DNA from: Candidatus Spongiisociaceae bacterium
Lineage (GTDB): Bacteria; Actinomycetota; Acidimicrobiia; Spongiisociales; Spongiisociaceae
Length of the DNA: 64,000 bases
Reading direction: 5' to 3'
Assembly: GCA_965262915.1 (NCBI GenBank)
Contig: OZ253564.1
Coordinates: 4,864,001-4,928,000, forward strand
The position numbers and the translations under genes were made by a program. The notes below the pieces were generated by a model. It searched no databases. It saw nothing but the letters and a program-made list of their open reading frames with translations, and was not told the DNA's origin. This document shows, piece by piece, positions 42,834 through 53,896 of this stretch; position 1 is the stretch's first letter; every line of letters begins with the position of its first letter.

Positions 42834-43843
42834 GCCGCCCTCCTTCTGACAACGAGCTTTCCTTGCTGGTCACCGGCCTTCATGCGGGCCAGGGCGGCAG
42901 GTAGATCCTCGAACTCGTACACGCTGTCCACCAACACTGGGAGAGCGCCGTTCGCCACCCAGGTGCTGACCCGCGCGAAGTCATCGTGGTCGAACATAGT
43001 GGAGCCGATGATCTCCTGGTGGCGGAAGAACAGCGGCGGCATGCTGACCTCCACCTTGGTGCCGCTCGTCGAGCCGCACGTGACCACCCGCCCACCGGGT
43101 TTGAGGGACCGCATCGACTGGTTCCAGGTTACCGGCCCCACGTTCTCAAAGACCACATCGGCCTGGCGGCGGGCCGCCGCCCGCAACTCCTTGGAGAACT
43201 GGGCGGTCGATCCGAAGCCTCCCACGGCGCCCAACTCGATGGCGCGGGCGATCTTGGCCGGGCTACGCGAGGTGACGTAGACCTCGGCGCCCATGAGCAG
43301 GCCTATGAGCAGGCCGGCGGAACTGACCCCTCCCCCGACCCCCACGACCAGCAGCAGGTCACCGGCCGAGAGGCGGGCCCGCCGGAGCATGCGGTAGGCG
43401 GTCCCGTATGCCAGCCCGTAGGCCGCTGCCTGCTCCCAGTCGAGGTGAGGCGCCTTGGGCGTTACGTTGGAGGCCGGGACGACCACGTACTCCCCCATCG
43501 TTCCCCAGGAATGCTCGCCCAGCACCCCGAGCTTGCCGCTGAAGGGAATGTGGTTGGTGGTAGGGGCGAAACCGATGCTGGGGTTGACTACCACCTCGTC
43601 GCCCTCCGCCAGACCTTCCACCCCTTCGCCCAGCGCGTCGACTAAGCCTGCGCCGTCGCCGCCGGCTACGTGGGGAAAGTCCTTGGGCGCGGGCAGCCCC
43701 ATTGACATCCACAGGTCCAGGCGGTTGAGGGCCGACATGACCAGCTTCACCCTCACCTCGTCCGGACCGGGCTCCGGCGTGCCGACTTCCGCCAAGGTAT
43801 AGGAGGACGGCCCCCTGGTGTCGTTGAGAATCCATGCATGCAT
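42830..43843 (-). CDS. MDR-family (zinc-binding/quinone) oxidoreductase
   Basis: LNRLD, G.DGAG, GGGVS, CGSTSG, GSTM, GK.V. Confidence 0.88.
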   Translation of the reverse strand: MHAWILNDTRGPSSYTLAEVGTPEPGPDEVRVKLVMSALNRLDLWMSMGLPAPKDFPHVAGGDGAGLVDALGEGVEGLAEGDEVVVNPSIGFAPTTNHIPFSGKLGVLGEHSWGTMGEYVVVPASNVTPKAPHLDWEQAAAYGLAYGTAYRMLRRARLSAGDLLLVVGVGGGVSSAGLLIGLLMGAEVYVTSRSPAKIARAIELGAVGGFGSTAQFSKELRAAARRQADVVFENVGPVTWNQSMRSLKPGGRVVTCGSTSGTKVEVSMPPLFFRHQEIIGSTMFDHDDFARVSTWVANGALPVLVDSVYEFEDLPAALARMKAGDQQGKLVVRRRAA

Positions 43844-43952
43844 GAACTCAGCGTAGCCAGGGGCCGGAGCCCCAGAGTCGGCTGCCAACCAGCTGTCCGA
43901 CCGGTAGTTGTCGGCCTCGATCCGGCTAATTTGGCACCACCGGAGGATCACT

Positions 43953-44345
43953 GTGCTCTACCACCGCTCGACCATCGATGTCCGTTTCTACGAACTCGAC
44001 CCCTACAACCACCTCAACCACACCGTCTACCTGGCTTATTGCGAAACCGCCCGCATCGAGGCGATGGATCGACGAGGGATCGGCATGTCCGAACTGGACG
44101 AGCGCGGGTTCCGCATCCTCTTGGTCGACCTCGTTGCCAAGTTCATCGCACCGGCCGTGGCCGGAGACCGGCTCGACGTGGCAACCGAGGTAGTGGCAAT
44201 CCGCCGGGCCGGTCACGACTGGCACCAGCGGATCGAGCGGGACGGAAGAGTGCTCTTCACCGCCCAGATACGGGCGGCAATGACCGACCGTGCGGGCCGT
44301 CCGGTCCGTGTTCCGGACTTCGTCCGGTTGGCTCTCTCGCGATGA
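43953..44345 (+). CDS. Acyl-CoA thioesterase (hotdog fold)
   Basis: VRFYELDPYNHLNH..YL...E.AR; SD ggagga before GTG. Confidence 0.88.
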   Translation: MLYHRSTIDVRFYELDPYNHLNHTVYLAYCETARIEAMDRRGIGMSELDERGFRILLVDLVAKFIAPAVAGDRLDVATEVVAIRRAGHDWHQRIERDGRVLFTAQIRAAMTDRAGRPVRVPDFVRLALSR

Positions 44346-44507
44346 TCATCTGCGTCGAGAGGAGCAGCCTCGGTCCGTGATGACCTCCGCCTGCCGGGTG
44401 ATGCCCGGTGCGGGTCGGCGGCGATCTCCGCCCCGTTCGAGTCGTGCTCACCCCTCCCGACCAACACGCTTGAAGCAATCAACCGGCAACCGGCCGTTGG
44501 TACGGGC

Positions 44508-45302
44508 TCAGGCCCAGCCGAAGTGGTCGATCGGCCCTTCGCCCCGGCCCAGCCGCCATCCGGCTCCGCCCGCGATCGCCCGGGCTACCCAGGCTTTGGC
44601 CTCGCCGACCGCTACCAGGATGCCCGCACCCCCGGCCAAGCGAGCCGCTATGGATGCCGACAGGGCATCGCCGGTTCCATGCACGTTGCGGGACCGCACC
44701 CAGCGGCCCGGGAGCGAGTGGGTCTCGATCCCGTTCGAGAGGACGTCGACCGGTCGCTGCCCTTCGATGCGGCCTCCGGTGACCAGGATCGGGGTCCCGG
44801 TGGAACGGGCCAGGTCCCGAGCCACAGATTGCTGCTGGATCTCGCTGCGGACCGGCCGCCCAGCAAGCAGGGCGGCCTCGCGATGGTTGGGAGTGGCCAG
44901 GGTCGCGGCGGGTATCAGCTCCTCCCGGTAGGCGTCGATCGTCGCCTCGTCGACCAGGACATTCCCGTTCCGGTCTACCAGGACCGGATCCACCACCAGG
45001 TTCGGGAGCCTACGGGCGTGGTCGGCGACAAGCCGGACGACCTCCACCGAACCGAGCAGACCGGTCTTGACGGCATCCGGGGGGAGGTCTGCCAGCAAGG
45101 CCTTCATCTGGGCTGCAATCAGTCCGATCGCCATGGGTTCGGCTGCCTTCACACCTCTGGTGTTCTGGGCAGTGACCGTGGTAATCACGGTGGTGGCGAA
45201 GACGCCATGGGCCGAGAGCGTCTTGAGATCGGCCTGTACACCGGCGCCGGCGCCCGAGTCGCTGCCGCCGATCGCCATCACGATGGTCGGGGTGGCTGTC
45301 AT
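44508..45302 (-). CDS. thiD: Hydroxymethylpyrimidine/phosphomethylpyrimidine kinase
   Basis: GGSDSGAGAGVQADLKT, TAQNT, KTG, VDPV, TPN..EA, HGTG. Confidence 0.93.
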   Translation of the reverse strand: MTATPTIVMAIGGSDSGAGAGVQADLKTLSAHGVFATTVITTVTAQNTRGVKAAEPMAIGLIAAQMKALLADLPPDAVKTGLLGSVEVVRLVADHARRLPNLVVDPVLVDRNGNVLVDEATIDAYREELIPAATLATPNHREAALLAGRPVRSEIQQQSVARDLARSTGTPILVTGGRIEGQRPVDVLSNGIETHSLPGRWVRSRNVHGTGDALSASIAARLAGGAGILVAVGEAKAWVARAIAGGAGWRLGRGEGPIDHFGWA

Positions 45303-46099
45303 ATCCTCCATCTGACCATGGCTTCGTGGGGCACCCGGCGCTCGCAACCGGACCGCTGCACGACGCCGATCTCGTCGGTCTCAACGGTGGTGTTGGTACA
45401 CCCGCCGGCTCGGTAGGCCTGATAAGTCACTCGGCCTTTGTCCACCCGGAGGACGGCGCCGTCCAGGCTGACCGCGCTCGGCTCGCTCCACCGTACTTCG
45501 ATGGGCGGGTCGTCGCACCTGGTGAACAGCTCGGACCACACCACCGGGGCGCGCAGGTGGTCACCGTCGCAGATCAGTTCCCTCACCACTACGTCCTCTC
45601 CGGTGTCCAGACCTTCGATCCTGGCCGGCCAGTGGGCCCAATCCCTGACACCCGGCAGCCGCGGTCCGATGGTGAGGCGATACCTCGCTCGGGGTGCCCA
45701 GGCGAAGTCCCTGGTGTTCGGATCATGGGGAGTGGACAGCAGGTGCGATGGCGTGCCGGAGAGGACGGACCCGCTCCGGTCGTATCCGCCCCAGTTCACC
45801 GCCCCGTTCCCGGGATGGCGGGGATTCCACTGGATCCCGGCGTGAGCGCCACCCTCGTGGCCTGCTCCCGACCAGAAGGAAGCCTGGATGGCGAAGAACG
45901 CCAAGCGACTCACCTCCGGTGGTGTCACCACCTCCAGCACCACCGACACGGAGGCGAGAGGAACATCGGGTACATCCCACCAGATGTGGAAGGAGGAAGC
46001 ACCGTTGGGGGACGTTGGCAGACCGCGGTCCCTGATCGGACCGGCTTCCACCGGCTCGGGATGAGCTCCAAAGCCTTCGTCACCCATCGCTGCTCTCAC
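45299..46099 (-). CDS. Hypothetical beta-rich protein
   Basis: 266 aa; ATGA overlap with the thiD start; SSFH.WW, GGAH.G.QW, VNWGGY. Confidence 0.7.
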   Translation of the reverse strand: MRAAMGDEGFGAHPEPVEAGPIRDRGLPTSPNGASSFHIWWDVPDVPLASVSVVLEVVTPPEVSRLAFFAIQASFWSGAGHEGGAHAGIQWNPRHPGNGAVNWGGYDRSGSVLSGTPSHLLSTPHDPNTRDFAWAPRARYRLTIGPRLPGVRDWAHWPARIEGLDTGEDVVVRELICDGDHLRAPVVWSELFTRCDDPPIEVRWSEPSAVSLDGAVLRVDKGRVTYQAYRAGGCTNTTVETDEIGVVQRSGCERRVPHEAMVRWRI

Positions 46100-46264
46100 C
46101 GGCGGGGCGCATCGTCTGTGCTCTCAGGAACGGGGAGGACCCGGACCGACCACCGGGTGGCCGTCTTCACGGAGCGGCCGGTAGCAAGATAACGCTCCGC
46201 CAGGATCACCCCCATCGATGCCGCCACCTCGTACAACGATGTCTCGACCGCCGGGCGATCCCTG

Positions 46265-46738
46265 TCATGTCGTGCTGACGGAGGGCTGCGGATATACCGG
46301 GTGTGAGGTTGGCCCCCGAGTGGACGTCGACAGCCGCATAACCGGCTCTGACCGGGGGACAGTCCAGGCGACCGGTCGCCGCCATGAGGCCCAACTCGCC
46401 CTGCATGACAACGTCGTAGCCTCCGTCGTTGCCCCTCGGTCCTTCTCGGCCATGACCCGATAGCGCCGCGATACGATCCTCGCCGAGATATCCCGGATGT
46501 CCTCCTTTCCGAGCCCCAGGCGCTCTACGGTGCCGGGCTTGGAGTTGTGAACGAACACGTCGGCGGTTCGCAGCAGATCCACCATGATCTCCCGGCCTTC
46601 GGCCCGTTTGACGTCGAGCACGATGGGCATCTTCCCCTTGCCCAGCGCGAGGACGAGACCGACTGGTCGTCGAGGAAGTCGGGGCCCTGCCTGCGGTATG
46701 TGTCGCACTCCGGTCACATCCATACCCTCATCTGGCAC
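46265..46738 (-). pseudogene. CaiB/BaiF CoA-transferase fragment
   Basis: GK..IVLD.K..EGRE....L...ADVFVHN.KPG..ERLGLG; degenerate flanks. Confidence 0.7.
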
Positions 46739-46928
46739 CGCCGGAGCTACGGGTCGCCGGCAGTTGCCGATCCGTCAATGGCGGTCGATCAACTCCACCG
46801 AAGAGGCTTCCAGGGTGCGTACCGCCCTGGTCCGGCTGGGCCGGCTACCAACCGCCGCTCTGCTCACCAGACCCGATGACACGGTGCCCGAACCTCCACC
46901 CGGCCAGGGCAACGTGGATGCCCCGTCG

Positions 46929-47153
46929 CTAGGCTGACCTGGCCTTTCGCTCCTGGCGAGCTTTCTCCGTGGCCCATTCTGCGTACCTGCGACCGAACTC
47001 CCGCGGGTCGTCGCCGCCGCGGTACTCCGGTCCGTCCTCAGGGTTGTGGGGGAGCAACGCATCGTTCATCTTCTTGATCAGACGAGTGATGTAATCATTG
47101 TCGATGACTACGGGTGGTGTCTCCATGACATCCTTCCTGACCACGCTGATCAC
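46929..47153 (-). CDS. Small hypothetical protein
   Basis: Overlaps the stop of the upstream fragment; SD agga before METPPV. Confidence 0.5.
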   Translation of the reverse strand: MISVVRKDVMETPPVVIDNDYITRLIKKMNDALLPHNPEDGPEYRGGDDPREFGRRYAEWATEKARQERKARSA

Positions 47154-47290
47154 CCTAACCGGTTTCGCTCGAAGTAGCGGAAGTTCAGCGACGGGTCGAA
47201 GTAGTGTTTGCGTTTGATCCAGACGAGTCCGTCACCCTTGGAGATGACGGCGACGTCTATCGGCCCTCCGACAGTTTCCGACCCTGGCGT
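47150..47290 (-). pseudogene. C-terminal fragment of a conserved protein (ETVGGPIDVAVISKGDG..WIKRKHYF; possibly Ntn/proteasome-beta-like)
   Basis: Protein-like C-terminus; the upstream part is missing. Confidence 0.55.
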
Positions 47291-47556
47291 GACACACTGC
47301 CACAGCGAGGTCAGACACCCGTGTCCCCGCCCGGAGTGTTGGATCCGGGATGGAGGAGTCTCAAGTCTCAACCCTGACGTCTCTCACCCTTGACGTCCAG
47401 GCCGGTGGCCACCACTTGCACTTTCGGCTCCGTGATCACTCGCAGGGCCTGCCCGCTACGTGCCGCCCATGCGAGCTAGGTATCCTGAACGCGGCTCGGC
47501 ATCGGCGCTCGCGATCCGGGCAGAGCACGCGCAAACGCTTGAATGGGGAGCATCCC

Positions 47557-48459
47557 ATGATTATTGACACTCACGTCTGGCTGTCGGAGCCGGAGAGTTG
47601 GGGCGACCTGACCATGATGGACGACGCGATGATCGCTGCTGGTTGGACCGAGATCGGTGAGAAGACGGGCCTGAACCAGGGTATGAGCGGCGAAGAGATG
47701 GTCGCCCGTATGGACGAAGCAGGCGTCGACATAGCTATTAGTCACGCGATCAAGATGCCTCATCTGAACGCCCACGTGCCGTCCGAGTTCGTGGCGGGTG
47801 AGGTGGCCAAGTTCCCCGATCGGCTGATCGGCATGGGCAGCGTCGACCTCCTCGGCGGCCTCCCCGCGCTGCGGGAGATGGAAGAGATCACAGATATGGG
47901 TCTCATCGGCATGAAGATCACACCGGCGCCTGACTACGACATGGACCTCAACGACGAGCGGATCATGCCCATCTACGAGAAGGCCGAGGAGCTTGGGATG
48001 ATCATCCAGGTCCACACCGGGTGGGCCGGATACGGGTTGTTGAGCCAGCAGCATCCCCTGCATCTGGACGAGGTTTCGGTTCGGTTCCCCGACTTGAAGC
48101 TGATCGTGGTCCACGCCGGATTCAACTACTACGAAGAAGTCGTGATGATGATGCTAAAGAACCGCAACATGTACGCCGGGACCGGCTGGTGGGGGTTCCT
48201 CCAACCGTTGGAGACCAACGTGCGGTTCTTGAAGTACGCCAAACACTTCAAGGTCCTCGACAAGTGTCTCTGGGGCACCGACAACTACGACTGCCGCGAA
48301 GACGTCCCTTACATCAAGTCCTTCCCCCGCCTCGCCAAGGAGCTCAACATCGCTCCCGGCCTCCCCGACCTCACCGGCGACGACATCGACGCCTACCTCG
48401 GCAACAACGCAGCCCGCCTCCTCCAACTCGGCGGCTCCGATAAGGATCAGCAGAACTGA
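47557..48459 (+). CDS. Amidohydrolase_2 family protein
   Basis: IIDTH, FPDR..G, G..G.K, HTG, FP.LK...H.G, WGTD. Confidence 0.88.
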   Translation: MIIDTHVWLSEPESWGDLTMMDDAMIAAGWTEIGEKTGLNQGMSGEEMVARMDEAGVDIAISHAIKMPHLNAHVPSEFVAGEVAKFPDRLIGMGSVDLLGGLPALREMEEITDMGLIGMKITPAPDYDMDLNDERIMPIYEKAEELGMIIQVHTGWAGYGLLSQQHPLHLDEVSVRFPDLKLIVVHAGFNYYEEVVMMMLKNRNMYAGTGWWGFLQPLETNVRFLKYAKHFKVLDKCLWGTDNYDCREDVPYIKSFPRLAKELNIAPGLPDLTGDDIDAYLGNNAARLLQLGGSDKDQQN

Positions 48460-48475
48460 GGGAAGCTGGTAGCTC

Positions 48476-49528
48476 ATGGCCACCGTGCGTACCGTCCTCG
48501 GCGATATTTCACCGGATGACCTCGGCATCACATTGAGCCACGAGCACCTGCTGCTCGACACGTCGCATCTGTTCTGGAACGAGCCTTCCGCAAGCGATCC
48601 TCCCGAGATCCACACTCTGGCAGCGGCCCCGGTGACCCCGGAGAGTTCCGACGACTTGGCCGCCCGCCCGTATCTCTCGAAGGACAACCTGCGGATGACC
48701 GAGCGCGATGTTGCGATCCGGGAGCTGTTGTTGTACAGGGATGCCGGGGGGAAGAGCTTTGTCGATGTCAGCGGCCGGATCCCCGGCTGGCACCCCGATG
48801 ACCTCGTCGTCGCCAGCGAAGCCACCGGAGTCAACATCGTCGCCTCCACCGGCTGGTATATCTCACCTGCCCACCCGCCAAGCCACGCCGAGGCCAGTGT
48901 GGACGAGCTGGCGGAGATGCTGGTCAAACACATCGAGGTGGGTATCGAAGGCACCGATGTGCGCGCCGGGGTGATCGGCGAGCTCGGCATGACCGAGCCG
49001 CTCCACCCCCTAGAAGAGAAAGTGCTCCGCGCCGGAGGCCGCGCCCAAGCACGAACCGGCGTTCCCTTGACCGTGCATCCCATGGTGTTCAAAAAAGAGG
49101 CCCACCAATACATCGACATCCTCGAGGCGGAAGGCGCCAACCTCGACAAGGTCTACATCAGCCACATGGACGGCAGCTGCCCCGACTACGAGTACCACGA
49201 GTCCGTGATGGACCGGGGCGTCTCCATCGACTACGACCTCTTCGGAGACACATCGTGGAACGACGCGCACCTCCTTTTCGGAGGCGACCACTGGGTCTCG
49301 GACCACGAACGCGTCGAAACGCTGGCCCGCCTCTGCGCCGACGGCTACAGCCGGCAAATTATGCTCGCCCAGGATCGGTGTTTGAAAACGCACTGGGTCG
49401 CCTACGGCGGCAAAGGCTACGCGTATGTTCTCACCGAGATCGTTCCCCAACTCCTCGACGCCGGTGTCACCCAAGACCAGATCGACGACATGCTCATCGA
49501 AAACCCGAAACGAATCCTCGCCGTCTGA
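48476..49528 (+). CDS. Phosphotriesterase-related (PHP-like) protein
   Basis: VRTVLG, TLSHEH, GVIGELG, H, SHMD, QD, ENP.R. Confidence 0.9.
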   Translation: MATVRTVLGDISPDDLGITLSHEHLLLDTSHLFWNEPSASDPPEIHTLAAAPVTPESSDDLAARPYLSKDNLRMTERDVAIRELLLYRDAGGKSFVDVSGRIPGWHPDDLVVASEATGVNIVASTGWYISPAHPPSHAEASVDELAEMLVKHIEVGIEGTDVRAGVIGELGMTEPLHPLEEKVLRAGGRAQARTGVPLTVHPMVFKKEAHQYIDILEAEGANLDKVYISHMDGSCPDYEYHESVMDRGVSIDYDLFGDTSWNDAHLLFGGDHWVSDHERVETLARLCADGYSRQIMLAQDRCLKTHWVAYGGKGYAYVLTEIVPQLLDAGVTQDQIDDMLIENPKRILAV

Positions 49529-49569
49529 GGCCGTGCCGCAAGCGCGGACAACACCGAATCGGATTCTGA

Positions 49570-51624
49570 CTACACCAGCTGCCTGGCGAATTCATGGTTC
49601 CATGACCGCTCGAATACGGGTCGCCCAGTTTCGTAAGCTATTGCACTGTTCGATACGAAGAACCGCTCTGAACTAGACCACATTCTGCCGTTGACCTCGA
49701 GCCGCGTTTGCCACTCGTTTCGCCCGATCTCGATTTCCCATTCTGTCTGGGCCTGCGCGGACAACGGATCATAAGTGGCGATACTGAACGTGTTTCTTTG
49801 GATGCCACCAAACTCCAGTCCACCTGCATGAAGTCTCTTCTTGTCGAAATCCTCCACGTACACCGTCGTCACCAAGCCTCTGCCGACGTCCCGACACGTT
49901 TCTCGGCCTTGCGGTCCTCTCCGCAACACCTGCGTAGCGACCGGTTCGGCCCACTCCGCTTCCAGAAAAGCAACGATTTCCTCACGGTTGTTCCACGACC
50001 TGAGCGGTACGTCGAGATGGCAATCCTTCGTCTTCACCGTCAAAGTGGCCATCTTCGGCGACGGCCAAAGCCATGGCCAATACGTCGGCGATATTGCCAA
50101 GCGCAGTCGGTGACCGGGTGGAACCGCATACCCAATCGCGTTCAGAGCTATCTCCACAGTCGTGAACTCATCCGAAACCAGTGGGGCGGGCACGTGATAT
50201 CCATGCCGGTGTGTGAGGTTAAGCGCACCACGCGTGATCAGGGTCGAAGCTCCGGTATCCGATACGCTGCAAAGCCGGGCCATTACCAATGCGTTGGGTT
50301 GGTCGGCCGCGAGGCGTAGCCGGACGACTGGAAACCCAACAATCTCGAGTCGTTCCCCTAGAGGTCCGGTTGTAAAGCAGAGCGATGCTCCGTCTTCTAG
50401 GCGCTGGTCGGGTGGAAGGTCTGCCAGATTCCTGTAGGCACACCACGCTCCGGCGTCCTGTCCACAGAGCAAGGTGCCACCAAACCCGACGTCCATCGGC
50501 GCTCCCCGACCGACGTCAAGACGATCACGATCAAAGTAGAAACGCTGCGACCTCGCCGTCGCGGGCGGCCAACTCGTCTCGCTTACCCACCGCCCAGCAC
50601 GCTGGGGGCCGTCGCGCCCGTCGGGGTCCCATGCGTACCATTCGCCCTCGGAAGGCGTTGGCTCAAACGACTCTTGAAGCCAAAGCTGAAGCATCGGCTC
50701 CGCCATTATCCCCGTCTCCATCCCTTTGAGCCAGTAGTCCCACCATCGCAGCGCCTCCTGCAAGAACCCAATGGCAGGTCCCGGAACACCTTCCTCCGGG
50801 AACCGATGCATCCAAGGTCCGATCAGGCCCTTTCTAGGTCCCGGATAATTCTCGAGGACGCGCAGTATCGAGCTGTGATAAGGGTCCGCCCAGCCACCCA
50901 CCATGTAAACGGGACAGTCGATAGCTCGATAATCCTCGCAGACGGAGCCTTACTTCCAGTAATCGTCACGCCACTGGTGCGAGAGCCAATGTGTGGTCCA
51001 CGGCTGATTCTCTTCTAGCCGCCGCCTCCACATCTGTCGCCATCGATCTCTTACGACACGAGGATCTGGCGGTCGAGCATTGAAGGCAAGCATGCTTGTG
51101 GACCACCACAACATGTCCGATGCGAGGACGCAACCGCCCATGTAATGGACGTCGTCGGCGTAACGATCATCTGTCGAACACACACTGATGATGGCCTTTA
51201 GCGCGGGAGGTCTCAACGCTGCTACCTGGAGACTGTTGAAACCACCCCAGGAGATGCCGAACATCCCGACACTGCCCGAGCACCAAGGTTGCTTCGCGAG
51301 CTAATCGATTACTTCTGTGGCATCCGCCTGTTCCTGGGGGAGGTATTCGTCCTCGAGAATGCCGTCGGAATTACCGCTCCCTCTCATGTCTACGCGTACT
51401 GCTGCGTAGCCATGGCCGGCAAGGTAGGGGTGACGGATCGAGTCCATCTCAATCGTCCAGTCATCCTTCCGATACGGAAGGTATTCCAAGATGGCAGGAA
51501 CCGGAACCGTGGCAGCACTGGTCGGTAGCCAAATCGTCGCACTCACGCGAATCCCGTCAGACAGCGGTATCCATACATCCTTGAGAACCCGTACCTCGTG
51601 CGGGAATTGCTTTAGGATTCTCAC
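49570..51624 (-). pseudogene. CocE/NonD family hydrolase with two in-frame stops
   Basis: LPYRK, D.RG.G.S.G, GISWGG, GGWAD, GPW.H all in one frame; TAG at 51301-51303 (VID*LAKQPW) and TAA at 50950-50952 (YWK*GSV). Confidence 0.88.
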
Positions 51625-51781
51625 CCAGCTCCTTTCGTCCAGGCTTAGGTCGTCGGCCCTGCAGCTACAGCGCAGCGTTAACAACCTATGCAAGCGCGGA
51701 TGGCACCAAGCCTATCGACGCGTGGCCCGCGACGTTGACCTAGTGCCGCTGCCTCGCTGTATTGCTTCGCTGATTCCGGTG

Positions 51782-53612
51782 TCATGGCTCTGCCCCACCG
51801 ACCAGGCCGGCTGGGCCGCCGGTTCGCATCGCCGTGCCGTTCGGGTCGTAGGGTGAGGGGGCGATTACCCGCACACGGCGTTGGACCCCGACGATGTGGG
51901 TTGTGAGTTCGGTTCCTTCTGCGGTGTGTTCCCGGTCGATGAGGGCCATGGCGAGGCTCTTGCCGGTGGTATGGCCGTAGTCGCCCGAGGTGATGTAGCC
52001 GACCCTTCGGTCGCCGTTCCACACTGGCTCGTACCCGGTGGCGTCCGCATCGGTGGCTTCCACTTCGAGGGTGACCAGCCTCCTTGTGGCGCTGTCGTTG
52101 TCCCGCTCCTTGCGGGCCGCCCCGGAGCCGATGAAGTCGTCCTTGGACCAGTCGATCCATCGGTCCATTCCGGTCATGGCCGGGGTGTACTCCTGGCGGA
52201 ACTCGGTCGACCAGACGCCGAAGCTCTTCTCGATCCGGAGCGAGAGCAGCGCGTTGTAGCCGTACTCGATCGCATCGAGACCGTCGGCGGCCTCGAGAAG
52301 GAGGCGGCGCAGGGCGATGTGCTCGGCGGCCGAGCAGTGGATCTCGTATCCGAGCTCTCCGGTGACCGAGATCCGACCCACCCGGGCGCGGATCATGCCG
52401 ACGTCGAGCTCACGACACCTCATGAAACGCATCCCCTCCGCCGAGACGTCATCCGACGTGACCCGTTGCAACAGCTCACGAGAACTCGGCCCCGAAAGCG
52501 AAAAGCCAACGACTGCATCGGAGATGTCACGCACCGTCACCCCGCCGCTGAGGTGGTCGTTGAACCAGCGCATGTGCCAGGCCCGCAGGTAATACGAGCC
52601 CACGATCCACCACGTGCCATCCCCCCAGTTGAACAACGTCAAGTCTCCTTTGAGCCGGCCGTCGTGGCCCAACATCGGGGCAAGCTTGATCCGCCCCGGT
52701 GCGGGCAACGCGCTGGCAAAGAGCCGATCGAGCCACGCCGCGGCGTCGGGACCGGTGACCTCGTACCGGGAGAACCCGGCAATATCGAGGATCCCCACAC
52801 CGGAACGCACCTGGCGGCACTCTTCGCCGACGATGTCAAACGCGTTGGAGCGGCGCAACGTCGGCACCTCCACGAAGCCCTCGGGGGCGAAGTAGATCGA
52901 GACCTCGAGACCATACGAGCACCCCCACTGCGCCCCCGCCGCGGTCATCGCATCGTACGCCGGGGCCATCCGCAGCGGCCGGCCCGCCCACAACTGCTCG
53001 TTCGGGTAGGTGATCACAAACCGACGCGAATAGAACTGCCCGGTCATCTGGCGGATGTACTCACGGTTCTGGGCGAAGGACCCGAAACCGGCCACGTCCA
53101 TCGCAAAGATGTCCTCCTCCGGCTCCCCCTCGATCATCCACTCCGCCATCGACTTGCCCACGCCGCCACCCTGGAGGAAACCGGCCATCACCGCACACGC
53201 CGACCAGTAGTTGCGCAACCCAGGCACCGGACCCACCAGCGGGTTGCCGTCCGGTGAGAACGTGAACGCCCCGTTCACCCAGCGGCTGATACCGGTGTGC
53301 TCGAGGACCGGGTAGCGGGACATCGCAAACGACAGCTCACTCGAGATCCGATCCACGTCCGGTGGGATCAACTCCAGGCCGTAATCCCACGGCGCACCAT
53401 CCATGTTCCAATGCCGGTAATCGCGCTCATAGACCCCGACCAACACCCCCTGGAGCTCCTGACGCATATAGGTATACCCCTCCAAGTCGATCATCATCGG
53501 CACCTCGAAGTCGAGCGCCGCGATCTCGGGGATCGTCTCGGTAACCAAATAGTGATGCTGCATCGGCGAGACAGCAAGCTCCACCCCCGCCATCCGTCCC
53601 ACCTGCTTGGCG
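51782..53612 (-). pseudogene. GcvT-family (dimethylglycine/sarcosine dehydrogenase-like) protein lacking its N-terminal FAD domain
   Basis: HHYLVTE, FSPDGNPLVGP, RISVTGELGYE, SLRIEK, PYDP; the dinucleotide-binding N-terminus is absent. Confidence 0.85.
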
Positions 53613-53891
53613 GTCAGGCCGGAGCGCATCATGCTCGAACCAGCGGACTCGGCGTCACCCGGCGAGGGGTCACGCGTCTACGGGCGCATCGAGGAGATCA
53701 TCTATCTCGGTGCGGTCACCCACTTCCACCTCTCGACGCCGTCGTTGGGCCGTTTGTCGAGCCAGAAGCTGTCCGACGAGGTGGCGTCGTCCCTCCACGT
53801 CGGCCAGGACGTCGTCGCCTCGTGGAACCGCGAGCACTCGCTCGTGCTGCCCGGTGGAGGGGTCGACGAGGTCGAGGCGGCCGCCGGGTAA
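53607..53891 (+). pseudogene. TOBE-domain C-terminal fragment of a PotA-like ABC ATPase
   Basis: AVRPERI, G.IEEIIYLG, G.DV...W. Confidence 0.75.
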
Positions 53892-53896
53892 AGGGC

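Noticed and set aside
51782-53612. GcvT-family gene as the missing T protein for gcvPA/PB
   Set aside because: It is 45 kb away, truncated, and of the dimethylglycine-dehydrogenase fusion type.
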